64,000 bases of DNA, from positions 496,001 through 560,000 of the forward strand of contig MU058059.1 of assembly GCA_013265495.1 (NCBI GenBank), given 5' to 3'. The notes beneath the pieces were generated by a model, which made no database searches, was not told the DNA's origin, and saw only the letters and a list, made by a program, of their open reading frames with translations. This document shows positions 51,575 to 64,000 of the stretch, piece by piece. Made by a program: the position numbers and the translations under genes. The stretch comes from Vicugna vicugna (lineage: Eukaryota). Positions within the stretch are counted from its first letter, which is position 1. Each line of letters starts with the position of its first letter.

Positions 51575-52325
51575 ACATGGAATCATGGTTTTCAAAAATC
51601 TGGATATCAGACAATGCCAGGCAGTGACTCCCGAGAGCCTGAAAACAAACGAGGTCAGATCTATGCATATCCCAGCTGACAGCCTGGAGACGTTTCCAGG
51701 CCACTCTGGAGGGAAGGCACACAGACAAACTCCCCACACTGAGGGGACGGAGCTCAGAAATCAGAGAATGAGGCAATTAGAGTTCATGGGACTAAGAGGC
51801 AAAGAAAAGAGAACTATTCAGAGAGAGAAACCCATACATCCGACATGGCAAAGTATCATACATGAATGATCACAGCAACTTCCCTTCTAATACCCTAAAA
51901 TTTGAACTAATTAAGATTTCTATCAACAGATGAATAAACAAACTTGTCTATCTATACAATGGCATACGACACAGCAATGAAAAGGAATTAACTAGTGGTA
52001 TTTGCTACAACATGGATGGACTTCAAAATACTTAGGAAGAATGAAAGAAGACAGACAAAATCATGTGTTTTGCATGATTCTATTCATATAAAATGTCAGG
52101 AGATGCCATCTAATCAAAAGTGACAGAAGATCAGCGGTTTCCTGGGGAGTAGGGGATATGGAGGAAGAGGAGGTAGGGGTGACCGGGAAACTTTGAGAGA
52201 GATGGATATTGACTGTGGTGATGATTTCATGGGTGTCTACGTTATGTCAAAACTTACAAAGTAGATGCTTTAAAATATGTGCACTGTCTTGCAAGTTTAT
52301 TATAGCTCAATGAGGATGTTAATAA
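51575..52325 (+). mobile_element. Older L1ME pieces (5' region 51575-51860 next to 3' end 51880-52325)
   Basis: ggttttcaaaaatctggatatcagaca; acagcaatgaaaagga...acaacatggatgga; gactgtggtgatgatttcatgggtgt...gtcaaaact. Confidence 0.75.
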
Positions 52326-53249
52326 AATGAGGCAGCTGGCAGAGATGTGGCTAGGAAAGGGATAAATAAACGGACAAGCAGCAGCAGGAAGCAGGAACCA
52401 CAGGGATGGTTTAAAGGCAGCGGACACAACAAGTCTCTGTTGACGCAAGGGCTGCTGCAGATCCAGCACCCCAGAAGGAAGATGCTGATTGTCTCAGCTG
52501 ATTTCACATGACAGCCTTCATTTCTCCTGTGGGGAGTGGACTCCCTTCAAAACTACGCGTGATGTGGGGAAGGATGATTCCTCAAAATAAACACGGGGGG
52601 ACGTTTGAAAAGGAAATGTAGGTAAGACAGCCAAAAAACAGTAGTCACGGTAACTACATGTGATTTGGGGATTTTGTTTTTGTTTTCGCTCTTGGTGTTT
52701 ATGCTTCCCTGCCTTGGAAACTACCCGTAGTAAAGAACCTACGTGATTCATACACTTTTGTTATTTACTCTTCATTGCAATTCTTTTATTCTTTATTGTT
52801 TAGTAAGATTTTGTTTTAAACAGAATTTCTGCTGGGATTCAGCACACCCTTCTATTTGTGTGTGCATTTATGTGTCTGTGTGTCCACCTAGTATCGATCC
52901 CTAAACGACTTAATAAATCCCGTAGATCTCAGAACAGATGGCTTTGCAGTTCACAACTTCTTAGGGAAGTAAAAATGTTTGTTCACCTCTTCAGTCCAGT
53001 GGCACTCCTTATTCACTCGAACTTAGTAACAATTTGTTGGCACCCACTGTACCTGACAAAGCGTCAGCTCTTCATCACACTACAAGCTATGAGAGCCTGA
53101 GCTCTACGTGCTGACAGAGCTATATTATACTATTTTTCTTTGTCTCCAAAACAAAGCGACATGATCCTCTTGTTTTAGAAATGTTCACCCATGAATTCCC
53201 CATGTTTTCTGCCAAAAGCAGAACGTAGGGCAACTTTTAAGAGGCTACA

Positions 53250-53420
53250 CAGTTAGCACAGTGGAAGAGAAGCCAATTCTCGTGGGTTCATTTCTGCTTT
53301 TTGTGGTTCATTTCACAGAAAATTCACTTCTGTGTCTTAATTTCCCCAGCTATGAAGAAAGAAGAAACTATTTCTTTTGTGAACACAGGAGGAGATAAAG
53401 ATTTAACGACCGGGTTTAAT
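53250..53420 (+). mobile_element. MIR fragment
   Basis: agcacagtggaagaga; ttcacttctgtgtcttaatttccccagctatga. Confidence 0.6.
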
Positions 53421-54189
53421 GGATTCACTGAATTTCCTACCCAGAGCTACTAGTAAATATCTTCTAATTTGAAAAAAAAAAAAAAACCCACGTCATTTCG
53501 AGGCTGCCAGTTCACATAAACTTATACATGAGAACCAACCAGTCTGTACACACTGTCGTGACAACATAAATTCTTATGCACATTTCATGGTGCTGTGGAA
53601 AAGTGTATGAAAATAACCTTAGGATGAGTTTAACTAGTTATGTTTAAAAGTCACTAGTCAAACAAAGGAACAGAATTTGTAAAGAGCTGACTCAACAAAG
53701 AACTCCATAGCTTACCTCTAAAATGTATAAATCCAATGCAAACCAGCTGAATTATATTCTCTACTTAGTTCCTTTGGATATTGCTGACATAGATATTTTG
53801 TAAGATTTTCTCTTCTTCATTGGAGAAACTTTTTATAGCCTTGTCTGAAAATCATTTCTTTACAAATAATAAATGATTTGTGAGGTCTAAGAAAATTAAT
53901 ATAGTGGCATGAATGGTAATTCTAGCCCTATTCCTAAGTATGTCATGTTGGCTGTATATTTTAATCTGTGTTTCAGCTTCTTTATCTACACAGTGAGCAT
54001 AAGACAGCACAGAGAGGCTATGTAAGCAGAACACATGCCTGCCACCCCCCCAGCCTCCTACTCACTGCAGGCATTACTAATCAATCATATATTAGACATT
54101 ACTAATCAAGCATAAAACTCTTTCCTGTTAAATCCACACACTGCTTCCAAATTCTTTTTTATCACCACACATTCCTGTATTAGATTTGG

Positions 54190-54400
54190 CCTGGGTTTAC
54201 TGCATGCTTACTATTTGTCAGGTAGTATTTGAAATGCTGACCTGTATTAACTCATTCAATTATGACACCAACACCTGAGGTATGCACTATGGAATCATTA
54301 CCCGGCAGATGAGGAAAACAAGGCCTGGACGTTCACTTACAGTCAGCGACAGAGCTTGAAATCAAGCAGCCTACGCTATTCAACACTTTGCTGCTCTGCC
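54190..54400 (-). mobile_element. MIR SINE
   Basis: tgcttactatttgtcagg; attaactcattcaat; cagatgaggaaaacaaggc. Confidence 0.75.
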
Positions 54401-54519
54401 TTTGAGTTCACCAGAGTCCATTTCAATACAAGCATCATGGTTAGTGCTGAACGCATAGTACACACATTACAAGGTAATAAGTCTCCTATGCTCTTTGGAG
54501 TTTTTTGTTTGTTTTTTAG

Positions 54520-54600
54520 TTTATTCAGTTTTATTCCCAGCACTGAGCCCAGTGCCTGGCATCTGGTGGCGACTTGGTAACTACTGATGGAATGAATAAA
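54520..54600 (+). mobile_element. L2 3' terminus
   Basis: tcccagcactgagcccagtgcctggca...ggaatgaataaa. Confidence 0.65.
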
Positions 54601-56136
54601 CGCTGCAATCCACGTAGCCAGCATTACTGTCTTCTTTAAAATTACACTTTAACATTTTCTCCTTATGGGACATCAGTCTGTTCTTCTGCAGAGGTTCTAC
54701 TGGTCCTTTTCAAGGCAGAATCTTACTTGGTTTCCTATCCAAAGTTCTATCTTACTTCTTTGCTGGTTGGTGTTTATTCTCATTTTAATAATTTATATGG
54801 AGCCAGTAAGTGAAGAGTTCAGCTATGGGCCATCCTTAATAGTTGGAACGGTAACGATGCTTTGTCTAGGCTGACTTTTTCTATGCAAAAGCAGCAGCCT
54901 GAAAGAAGGGTGGTCAAGTGCCAAATTGGGAAAAGGCTTGACTGACTGAAGAACAGATGCTCTTGAGTATAATTTGTAGAGACATGCAGTGACCTAGGTA
55001 GTTATTTAACTAAAAAAGGAAACATAAAAGAAACCAAAATTGGACTCTTGTGAGGGGATTTCGTAGTGAGTCACTAAACAGAACTTAGTGACACAAAAAA
55101 GAACAAATTGGTAAGCCAGTATTTATAGCAAAGTATATAGAATTACAGTCAAGACAACTTAAAACTCATGACTTTTTTTTCTTAACTCTTATGTGCTAGC
55201 AGAATAGTCCAGTACCGAACTTCTCTGAATTATAAATTTTAACATAAGGGCTACAAACAACCAGAAAAGCACACAAATTTAGAGTGTGCTTACCAATGAT
55301 ATCTCCTACAAATAACTACAAGTACATCGAGGGAGTAAAGAATCTTATGAGCTCCTGACATTCACATCTGATAATCATGATGTGCTGAAACCATTATATT
55401 TCTCTCAAACACAAGTCTAAAATCCAGGCATCAAGGCTTGGGTCAGCTTCAAATAATGGAAATAAAAGTGTACTGACATCTACTGCAGTGTGTACGAAAA
55501 GAACTAGGACAGAAAGAGAACAAAGATATACCCCAAAAAAACCACTGGCAGGAGCTGGAGAAGGATTAAAGGCAGAGAAGCCCAAGAGGAAGTCCTAGCT
55601 GATGCTCATGGTGCTGTGGCTGCCGGCTGCCTCACTGAGTTCTTTTCTGGCTGGTGTAACTCTCCCAAAACACCGGGTACCAGCTGCTGTCCTCCAGGGA
55701 TAATTCTGCACAGCTCTGAGAAGCAAGCATTCCACATATATATGGGGTTGAAGGAAAGGTAACCAAAATAAGACAGAGATACAATCATTAGAGCAAGAGG
55801 GAGGAAAGCATTTTTTTAAATCAGAAATGACCAATATGGGGAGACGTAGCAGGATGGAGGAAGAAGAGAGTTGCTCTTCCAGTGCCACTGAGAAGTCATG
55901 GCCACAGGCAGCTACCTGCCTAAACAAACATCAGCAGCTCATATGGCAGGATGTTCCCTGTTAGGTGGAACAGTGGTCTCAGTGGGATAAAATTATAAAT
56001 TTCACCTACACGTGGTCAAGCTGCCTCGGCTTCTTTGGCCCCTCTTGGCAATCTTGACCCGAAGAGCAATTTCACACCACCCTGTAACAGTCCACAGAGC
56101 CTTCTTTTCAGATCTGTCCATTTCCAAAGAAACTCA

Positions 56137-56524
56137 TGTGCCAAAACTATTCCCCTCCTCAGCCCCCCTGTTCACATGTTGAAGACCTAACCTACATGTG
56201 ACAGTATTTGGAGAAGGGGCCTTTGGGAGGTAATCAGGTTTAGGGGAGGTCATGAGGGGGGCCCCTATGATGTACTTAGTGTCCTTATTTTTTAAAAAAG
56301 ACATCAAACAGCTTGCTTTCTCTCTCTCTCCATCTTCACACACAGAGAAAAGGCCAAGTGAGGACACAAAGTGAAAATGCAGCACCTAGAATTTAAGGAG
56401 AGAATTTAAGGATGATTTCTGGCATTGTGATCATGGACTTCCACCTCCAATACTGTGAGAAATAAGTTCCTGTTGTTTAAGCCACCCAGTCAGTGGTATT
56501 TTGTGACGACAGCCTGAACTAAGA
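56137..56524 (+). mobile_element. MaLR LTR (MLT1A0-like)
   Basis: gtatttggagaaggggcctttgggaggtaatcaggttt; ctgtgagaaataagttcctgttgtttaagccacccagtc. Confidence 0.9.
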
Positions 56525-58039
56525 AATCCCAACCGCCCCATGTCATCCAAAGTCACATTAAAGTATAGGCAATATATGGTATAAAAACTTTTTTTTCCCA
56601 CTTAAGGAGTCAAATGACCTAAGTTCTGCTAAGAGTTAGTCACGTGGACTTGGCCAATTCAACTGCCCTTGAGATCACTCACTAAATGAGGGATTCAACC
56701 GGCTGATCTGAAAGAGGAACTCTGATCTTTCCATCCTGTAGTACCAGAATCTTTCTAGAGCTCCTTGTTTGTCAAATGAATACAACTGGCAGAAGTTCTG
56801 CAGGGATTCCTTAAGAAGGGACGTTCCCAGTGCTCACTGAGTATTCCACGGTATTCATCTCCACCACTACGAGAGAGAAACCAGGGCTAACAAATCGGCC
56901 TTCTGCTCCTGCAGCCACCGACCCCTGGTAAACGTGAGAACAGACGGAAGAGAGCCCTGGAGACTTGGACAGGTGCCAACAGCCATCAATACTGCTTGCT
57001 CTGTGGCTGTCACCCTGTCCTAAGGACTGAATGGTCAATGGACACCCCTGTTTCACATCGTTATGCTTGGAGTCGTTCTGCTGAACTGATCTGGTAGTGC
57101 TTCTGCTCACCAAGAATCAATCCCTTCAGGAGGTACTGTGTCAGGTAATTGGGCACTGCCCCTGGTGAGGGTTATTAAAAATGATACCTTCTCCGGGATT
57201 TCTGTAGGCAAAAAAATCAATGTTGCAAAGTCTAAAAGGAGACCATCTCTATCCGGTCCCTGTCATCCCATACCTCAAATTTATCTATAAAGCCATGTGC
57301 TAAGGTACATGAAAATTACTCCAAGGCATGTCAACAAAACGGGCTCACACTATTCTGGGATGTCTGCACTCTGTTATTTCAGTCCCTGACTAAAATATAA
57401 ATGATATTTAATAGCAACATGTTACTCAAAGAAAGGAGACTTTTCCTCAAGCAGCAGGTGAAGAAGGGTAATTTAAGTGACAATCCTTTTAACTTCTCCT
57501 CACCTTTGCCCAAACAACTTTGCCCTTGGTCATCTAAATTCTACCAGAGTGGAGCTAATGTAAAAGGAACTCTGAAATAAATGACAAATGTGAGTGACTG
57601 AGACAGACGAATGATGCCTTTAAGAGTCATTTGGACTAAAAATAACTTCAATAATTCTTCCAGATTTCCTAGGAAGCAATGAAAAACTACCCAGGGTGCA
57701 CTGTATTCACAAGAATAGGACCTCTGCTTCTGAAAGAGATAGAGTCTTAAAGTATGGGGAATTGGGGAAAATGTATGTTTAAAGTGATATATAACAAAGA
57801 CCAGGGTTGGATCCAGGAGAATGTTCCCAAGTTCACAAAATCACCGCTAAACCCGTATATTCAGTTGTGGGGAAGAAAGGCAAATCCTATCTGGAAAATA
57901 ATGCTCCTTTCAATATTAACTGTACAATTATGTTCATTAGAAGTCAATATTGTATGTGGAACAATCATGCGTCACACAGACATAAAGCAGTGTTTCTCAA
58001 TCGGGGGGAGGGGGTTGCTTCTCAGGGGTTTTATTCCAT

Positions 58040-58320
58040 ATTCATTCATTAAATGAATGTTTACTGACTGCCTACTACAAGGCAGCCCTGGGATGCCTCC
58101 GAGCACACAATACCGGTCATCCTGCTGTAACAGAACTTACTATCGAGACGGGAAGACACACATTCTAAGGAGTTATTATAACGTAACTCATTACTGTAAA
58201 TGCAGGGGCATAAACAAGGGGGGCGTAACATAATCTGTGAGTCAGGAAGCCCCTCCAAGGGGGTGACATAAACGGGTAGAATTATCCAGGGGAAGAATCA
58301 GAGAAGGCAGATGTCAGAGA
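58040..58320 (-). mobile_element. L2 3' fragment
   Basis: ttcattcattaaatgaatgtttactgactgcctactac; agtcaggaagcccctccaagggggtgaca. Confidence 0.75.
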
Positions 58321-59107
58321 AATGGTTTAAGCTAAATATCGTTAGTACCTTTCTTCCCTGAAATAGTTTAAGGTTCAGGAAAAAATTAGCCTATATGATA
58401 AGAAGAAGAAATTTTCCTTACTACCATCCAATTCCTTAGTACTCCTTTTCCAGGTCCCTGTGTACCTATTCCTGCTGGATTTCTGCTTCTGGAAAGCATG
58501 GCTACAGCATTTTTTTTTAAAAGCTCCTAAATGTTCATAGAATTATTCTTGCTCTGGCTTCCTTTCATGTGCTAGGGAACCTAGAGATGACTCTATACAT
58601 GAAAGAAGTTATTTATTCATCTTAATAAGGACAGTTGGCAGTGATGCTGCGCTTGATCAGGGAACACAATGCTGTGAGCGCCAGTCTGCAGTTTTTGCTT
58701 TCACGGTTGGATGAAGTGGAATTCGAGAGTAGATGATATGTTGTGTCACATGGAAGAGCACTAACTGTCAAGGTGATGGCATTTTATTAGAAGGTAAAGT
58801 TGAGAAGGTTTGCTACTTCTCAAAAACTATGCCCAGAAAGAAAATTTTTGATGGGATCGTCAATAATTAAAACATTTCATGATCTGTTTCTGTCTTTTAG
58901 CATAAAGCACGCTGGTTCTCTTACCTGGTATAGACTGGGGGTGGGGGCTGACTAATTCAGTTAGCACCTTACTCTGACCCAGTATTGTAGTGCTGTGTAG
59001 CCTCTACCTGAATGCTTCCTCACTGATAATTTCCATCCTCAAAAATGATTTTAGTGTTTTGAATAAACAATAGTTCGAGAGGATTTTTGCTAGGGGTACA
59101 CGTGTAT

Positions 59108-59134
59108 ACACACACACACACACACACACACACA
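59108..59134. repeat. (CA)n microsatellite
   Basis: Seen directly. Confidence 0.95.
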
Positions 59135-59979
59135 AATAAAACTAAGTAGGAAAATATCTCCTATTCACCCGGGTGACCATCACTCAGATGTAACTGACAT
59201 ACTCGGAGCCTGAAGATTCAGCGGAACTAGACGGTACTCGCTCCGGGATGAGCAGGCTCTCACTGAGGACTGTCGGAATCTTACCAGATTCAGAAGTCAT
59301 TTTTACTCACAAGGTGGCAAAATAGAGAAGGATATTCTATACCCATATAGTGTGGAAATTTTAAGAGGTGATGGATATGAATGAGTCCTCTAGGCAGTGG
59401 ACCACTGTGAAAGGAGACCAAAGCATCTCATAATTTTTGTGCCAAAGGGAGGTTTGAGGAATCCAGATACTATTTGTCAATATGTTTAAATATATATGCT
59501 GTTTTTTCGCAAAAGGCAAGGATTAATGCACTCATCCACTCATCTCCATTTGATAATACCCAAAGATCAGATGAGGAACAATTATTTCCACACTAATATG
59601 GAATACAAACTCTTTCAGTAAATTAAGATTTGAAAGTGGGAAAGAGAAAGTTCAAGCAAAAAGTTCTTTCATATTCACCCAAAAGAAAAATAATATTGAA
59701 GAGGCAACAATGTATAGTTTTTTATTATAGAAAAGTAGAATGAAAACAAACTCCCGAATTTAAATCCCCTTAGAGAATGTGACTGTGAGAAGTATTTATT
59801 GACTATCAATGACACTACAACTATTATCCTACATAAAGTTCAAAACAACTCTACGATTTCTGGCTTACATACTTTTATTCTTTTAACAGATTAGGAACCT
59901 TCAGCCCTGAGGGAACGAAGGCATGTACAGAGAGCTGCAAGGCTAATAAAGAGCAACCTAGCTGGGTGATTAGAGACAG

Positions 59980-60620
59980 AAAGCATCAATTATTTATGCC
60001 TGTTGTCCATGTGACATTGGTTATAGGTACTCAGAAGCACAAGGGAATCTGTCCAGCTCTCCTGGATTTAACCCTGTTCTACACTAAATAAATGCTAGAA
60101 GGTTCTGCAATGGAAGTAAATATGGAGCCCAATGGAAGCTCCAAAGGAACAGTCATTTCCCTCTCCGCGAAGGAAGATGAGAGCAAAAATTTATAGGATA
60201 AACAAGTTCCAGTGATCAGATGTTCACTCTGAAGGCCTGAGCAGGGTGGCGCAGGGCAGAGAGGGCAGAGGAGAGGAGGCCCAGCAGTAAGACGCAGCCG
60301 TGCGTGCAGCCCAGTACGGCCGAGTGCACACGGAGGGCGGACACGGCAGGTGGCGTGGGAAGGTGAGAAGCGCCGCGTCTAGAGAGAGAAGGAGGAAGGC
60401 ATGAAAGGCTCTACGGCCTTTGCTAAGACTTTCAGGTGAAACGTTCTTCACCACTGAGAAACATGCAAAAAGTTAAGTGTGCTTAAAATTTCATTCTAAA
60501 AGCTCACACTTTGTAGAAGAGACAACGTAACACAGAGCCACATGGGAGGCACGAAGAACAGTTGGGAAGGTATTCAGTGAACCAGACGAGACACCAAGAC
60601 GGCCTGGGGCAGCAGCTTGG
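59980..60620 (-). mobile_element. L2 fragment
   Basis: aagcatcaattatttatgcctg...; ggcctttgctaagacttt...ccactga; cagtgaaccagacgagac. Confidence 0.6.
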
Positions 60621-61114
60621 GCTGCTTTTTCGTGTTTCACACACTGTCACATATAAATCTGTAGAGTTATTCTGAAAAAGCAATTTAGCAATATGTATCT
60701 AGAGGAACAAAGTTGCTCCTGCTGATGAAAACAATGTGCATTATTTTTAAGAGAAGAGTAATTAACATATTCCATAGATCAGAACGTATTTATATTAGAA
60801 CAGAATGATGGGCAAAGAAAAAAATCGTAAAATAACTTCAAGTAACCATTAAATATATGCAAAGAAATGTCCATAACAACAAATTTAAGAAATAAATGTA
60901 AAGTATTAGGTCTACCATTAAAAATAGGAGAGGAAGAAAGTCCCTAGTTGGCAAGGCAAAGTGACATCTCTAAATGTTTTTGGTGAGATTGTAAGTTGAT
61001 CCAAATACCTTGGAAATAAATTGGGATAATAACTACAAAAGGAAGATAATTTTTTCACATTCTTTACTTCAGTAATTCAAATTCTAAGAATTTACTGGAA
61101 TTAACTAACAACGC

Positions 61115-61465
61115 AGCCTGGTATAGTTGCATGGTAGTGTTGGATTGGTAGGGCTTAAATCTAACTACTGCATATATGACCGTAGGCAGGTTCCTTAACC
61201 TTTCTGTTTCTCCTGGATTTAACAGACTCTTCTACACTAAATAATTGCTAGAAGGTTCTGCGGTGAAAGTAAATATGGAGCCCAACAGAAGCACCAAAGG
61301 AAGAGTCATTTCTCTCTCCACAAAGAGAGATGGGAGCAAAAGTTCTTCAGCTGCAAAATGTGGATCATGAAAGAATTGGTGCTAAAGTGTTGTTCTGAGT
61401 CCAAAATGAGTGAAGATTGTTAAGCATAGAAAATATCTACATAGTAAGAATTAAATGAGTGTGTG
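61115..61465 (+). mobile_element. MIR split by a duplicated 130 bp segment
   Basis: atgaccgtaggcaggttccttaacctttctg...[insert]...agttcttcagctgcaaaatgtgga...gttgttctgag. Confidence 0.75.
61209..61341 (+). repeat. Dispersed direct copy of 60058-60188
   Basis: tctcctggatttaac...ctacactaaataa.tgctagaaggttctgc...aagtaaatatggagcccaa...gagcaaaa occurs at both sites; about 85% identical by eye. Confidence 0.93.
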
Positions 61466-61691
61466 TTTGTTAACTAAATGTTTGTTTACATAAATACAGA
61501 TTTATGTAAAAGCATGCTCATCACAGCATCATTATAGGGTAAGAAACAACCTCAACAGCCAATAGTAAAGGAATGAATAAAGTGCATTAAGTTTAGTATT
61601 CATAACTGTAAATCAGATAAAAAAGTTCCACAATTAGAAGCACCAGAACAGGCAGCCCAACAGTGAGCCGTACGACAGACAGACGATAGAT

Positions 61692-62490
61692 GGATCAGAA
61701 TTTCATTCCTTTTTAAGGCTGATTACTATTTCATTCTACGTATATGTCACATTTTGCTTATCCATTCACCCATCAATGGACACCTGGGTTGTATGCACCT
61801 TTTGACTGTTGTGCATAATGCTGCTATAAATGTGCATGTACAAGTATTTGCTATGCTTTCACTCCTTTGGGATAAATATATCCAGCTGCGGAACTGCTGG
61901 ATCATATGGTAGTTCTAAGTGTAATTTTTTGTGGAAGTGGCATTCTGTTTTCCATAAGGGCTACACCATTTTACATTTGCACAGGTGTTCCAATTTCTCC
62001 ACTCCTTGCCACCATGTTGTCTTCTTCTTTTCTTTCTTTTTTATAATAGCTATCTTCATGGGCGTGAAGTGATAGCTCATTGTAGTTTTGATTTGCATTT
62101 CCCTAATAGTGACCAAAGCTGAGCATTCTTTCATGTGCCTATTGGCCATTCGTATGTCTTCTTTGGAAAATGTCTGTTCAGATCCTTTGCCCATTTTCTG
62201 TTGGGTTGTTTACCATTTTGGTGGTGGTGTTTTTGTTGAGTTGTAAGAGTTCTTTATATATTCTGGATATTAATATCTAATTAGATATATAATTTCCAAG
62301 TATTTTATCCTTCCCATGGCTTGCCTTTTCACTCCATGGATGGTGTCTTTAGATGCACAAAATTGTTTAATTTTGATAGTCTGATTTATTTATTTTTTCT
62401 TTTAGCCTATGCTTTTGGTGTCATCTCCAAGAAATGACTACATATCCAATGTCATGAAGCTTTTGCCCTATGTTCTCTTCTAAGAGTTGA
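61692..62490 (-). mobile_element. L1MB-type ORF2 3' fragment
   Basis: ORF 61961..62194 FSKEDIRMANRHMKECS..LVTIREMQIKTTMSYHFTP matches the L1 ORF2 C-terminal region. Confidence 0.93.
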
Positions 62491-63229
62491 ATTGCTTTTT
62501 AATTGGCTTGTCTTTAGAGATTTTTTTCTTTGACCTGTTGATCCAAAGAATAAAAATCCTCAATATGGTTTCTAATCTGTACCATAACATTTGAGTTTCT
62601 TGGTGATGTCAAAAAGGATATTCATTCAGCTCAATAGTAATTTCAAAAACAACAATTATATTCATTTGCAAAAGAGTTATATATAAGGTGGCCAAAAGAT
62701 CCCAAAGAAAACAAACAACCTGATGCACTGGGCTATATAGTTTATGGTACTTCTCACATTATGGGTATGTGTTGTTCACACGTTGCAAGTGGAACACACT
62801 GTATGAACTGTATCAAGTCACTGTGGGTTGAGTAGTTGTGAGAAATGAGTTCCATCTGCTCAAGCAGAAAATCTGGGAAGTCATTTATCACTTTTATTCT
62901 GTATTCAGTGGATGTGGACCCAATGGAACTAAATTATAGAGATGATATTATACAAACACTTAAATGCTAATGCATCAGGCTACTTAACAAGCTGCTAAAG
63001 GACAGACTATCTGCGTTTTGGATCCAAGAACAAAGAGAAAATGTAAAAGGCCAGTGAAGTTTTTGGTTCTTTATAGCTTTATTTCAAAAAGGTAAAGCAA
63101 TTCACATTCTGGTTTTGAAGGTCCTAGTTTCATCCATAGCGGCAATGATGGAAAAAGGATAAAGAACTTAGGGGCCCGAAGTCACTGTTTAGATCAAGAA
63201 TACTTTGCTGGCTGTAACGGCTATAATGG

Positions 63230-64000
63230 ATATAGTCTGCCTTTATTAAAACTATATTGGTGCTAGAGTGCCAAGACAATTCAAATTGTGTTGAAATTTA
63301 GTTCTTTTCAACACATGATGTCTGAGCAACTGGAATATCCACAGGTGAAAGAATGAAAGTGAACCTACACCCAACATTATGAACAAAACCGACTGTGAAT
63401 GAACCAGTTCAGAAGCAGCCAGCTGTTGTTCTCAGAAACAACACCAAAGCCACACTGACAAAAAAAAAAGTAAGTTGGACTTCAACAAAATTAAAACCTT
63501 TTGTGCTTCAAAGGACACCATCAAGAAAGTGAAAATACAAAACACAAAATGAGGGAAAATATTTGCAAACCATACACCTGAGAAGTAATCTGCATTCAGA
63601 ACATGTAAAGAACTATTACATAATAAAAAGGCAACAAACTCCATTTAAAAAATGGGCAAAGGCTCTGAATAGACATTTCTTCAAAAAGATATGCAAATTT
63701 CCAATAAGCACGTGAAAAGATGTTCAATGTAATTAAATGCAAATCCACTGGAATACTGATCCACACCTACGACGATGGCTAGACTCAACAATCAAATACA
63801 ATCAAAGGTTAGTAAGGATGTGGAGAAGCTAGAAACCTCACATGTCACTGGTGAAAATGTAAAATGGTGCAGTTGCTATGGAAAAGAGTTCAGTGGTTCC
63901 TCCAATGAATTAAAACACAGAGTTATCCTATGAAAAATCAACTCCACCTTTAGGCACATACCCAAGAAAAATAAAACATATGTCCACACACAAGTATGCA
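63230..64000 (+). mobile_element. L1M ORF2 3' fragment running off the window
   Basis: ttggacttcaacaaaattaaaaccttttgtgcttcaaaggacaccatcaagaaagtgaaa; aaaatgggcaaaggctctgaatagacatttc. Confidence 0.93.

Noticed and set aside
53716..53844. Minus-strand exon-like segment with GAG|gtaagc donor
   Set aside because: Stops in all three frames and a weak acceptor.
93..63644. ORFs in the six-frame track as genes
   Set aside because: All are short (at most 148 aa), many use non-ATG starts, and most lie in repeats. The only recognisable ones are broken L1 ORF1/ORF2 pieces.

Overview
AT-rich, CpG-depleted, repeat-dense mammalian genomic DNA, intronic or intergenic. It is very probably from a camelid, judged from a tRNA-derived Vic-1-like SINE and young L1 3' tails of the camelid type. 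I cannot support any intact protein-coding gene, RNA gene or CRISPR array. The ORF track is spurious apart from decayed LINE-1 ORF1/ORF2 fragments. The window is a layered transposon record: L2, MIR and L3; MLT1/MLT2/ERVL LTRs; MER5, MER58, MER81 and Tigger1; old L1M elements; three ERV-type solo LTRs; and several young L1/SINE insertions with readable target-site duplications (TSDs). I found no convincing novel biological system. The best second-look signals are a ~130 bp L2 segment copied 1.15 kb away into the middle of a MIR, sharply GC/CpG-shifted patches inside old repeats (possible fossil recombination hotspots), short candidate exons with strong splice sites on the minus strand, and a TF-motif cluster at 23.4 kb. 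Repeat family names come from my recall of consensus sequences, not from a search. Boundaries are approximate unless a TSD is given.
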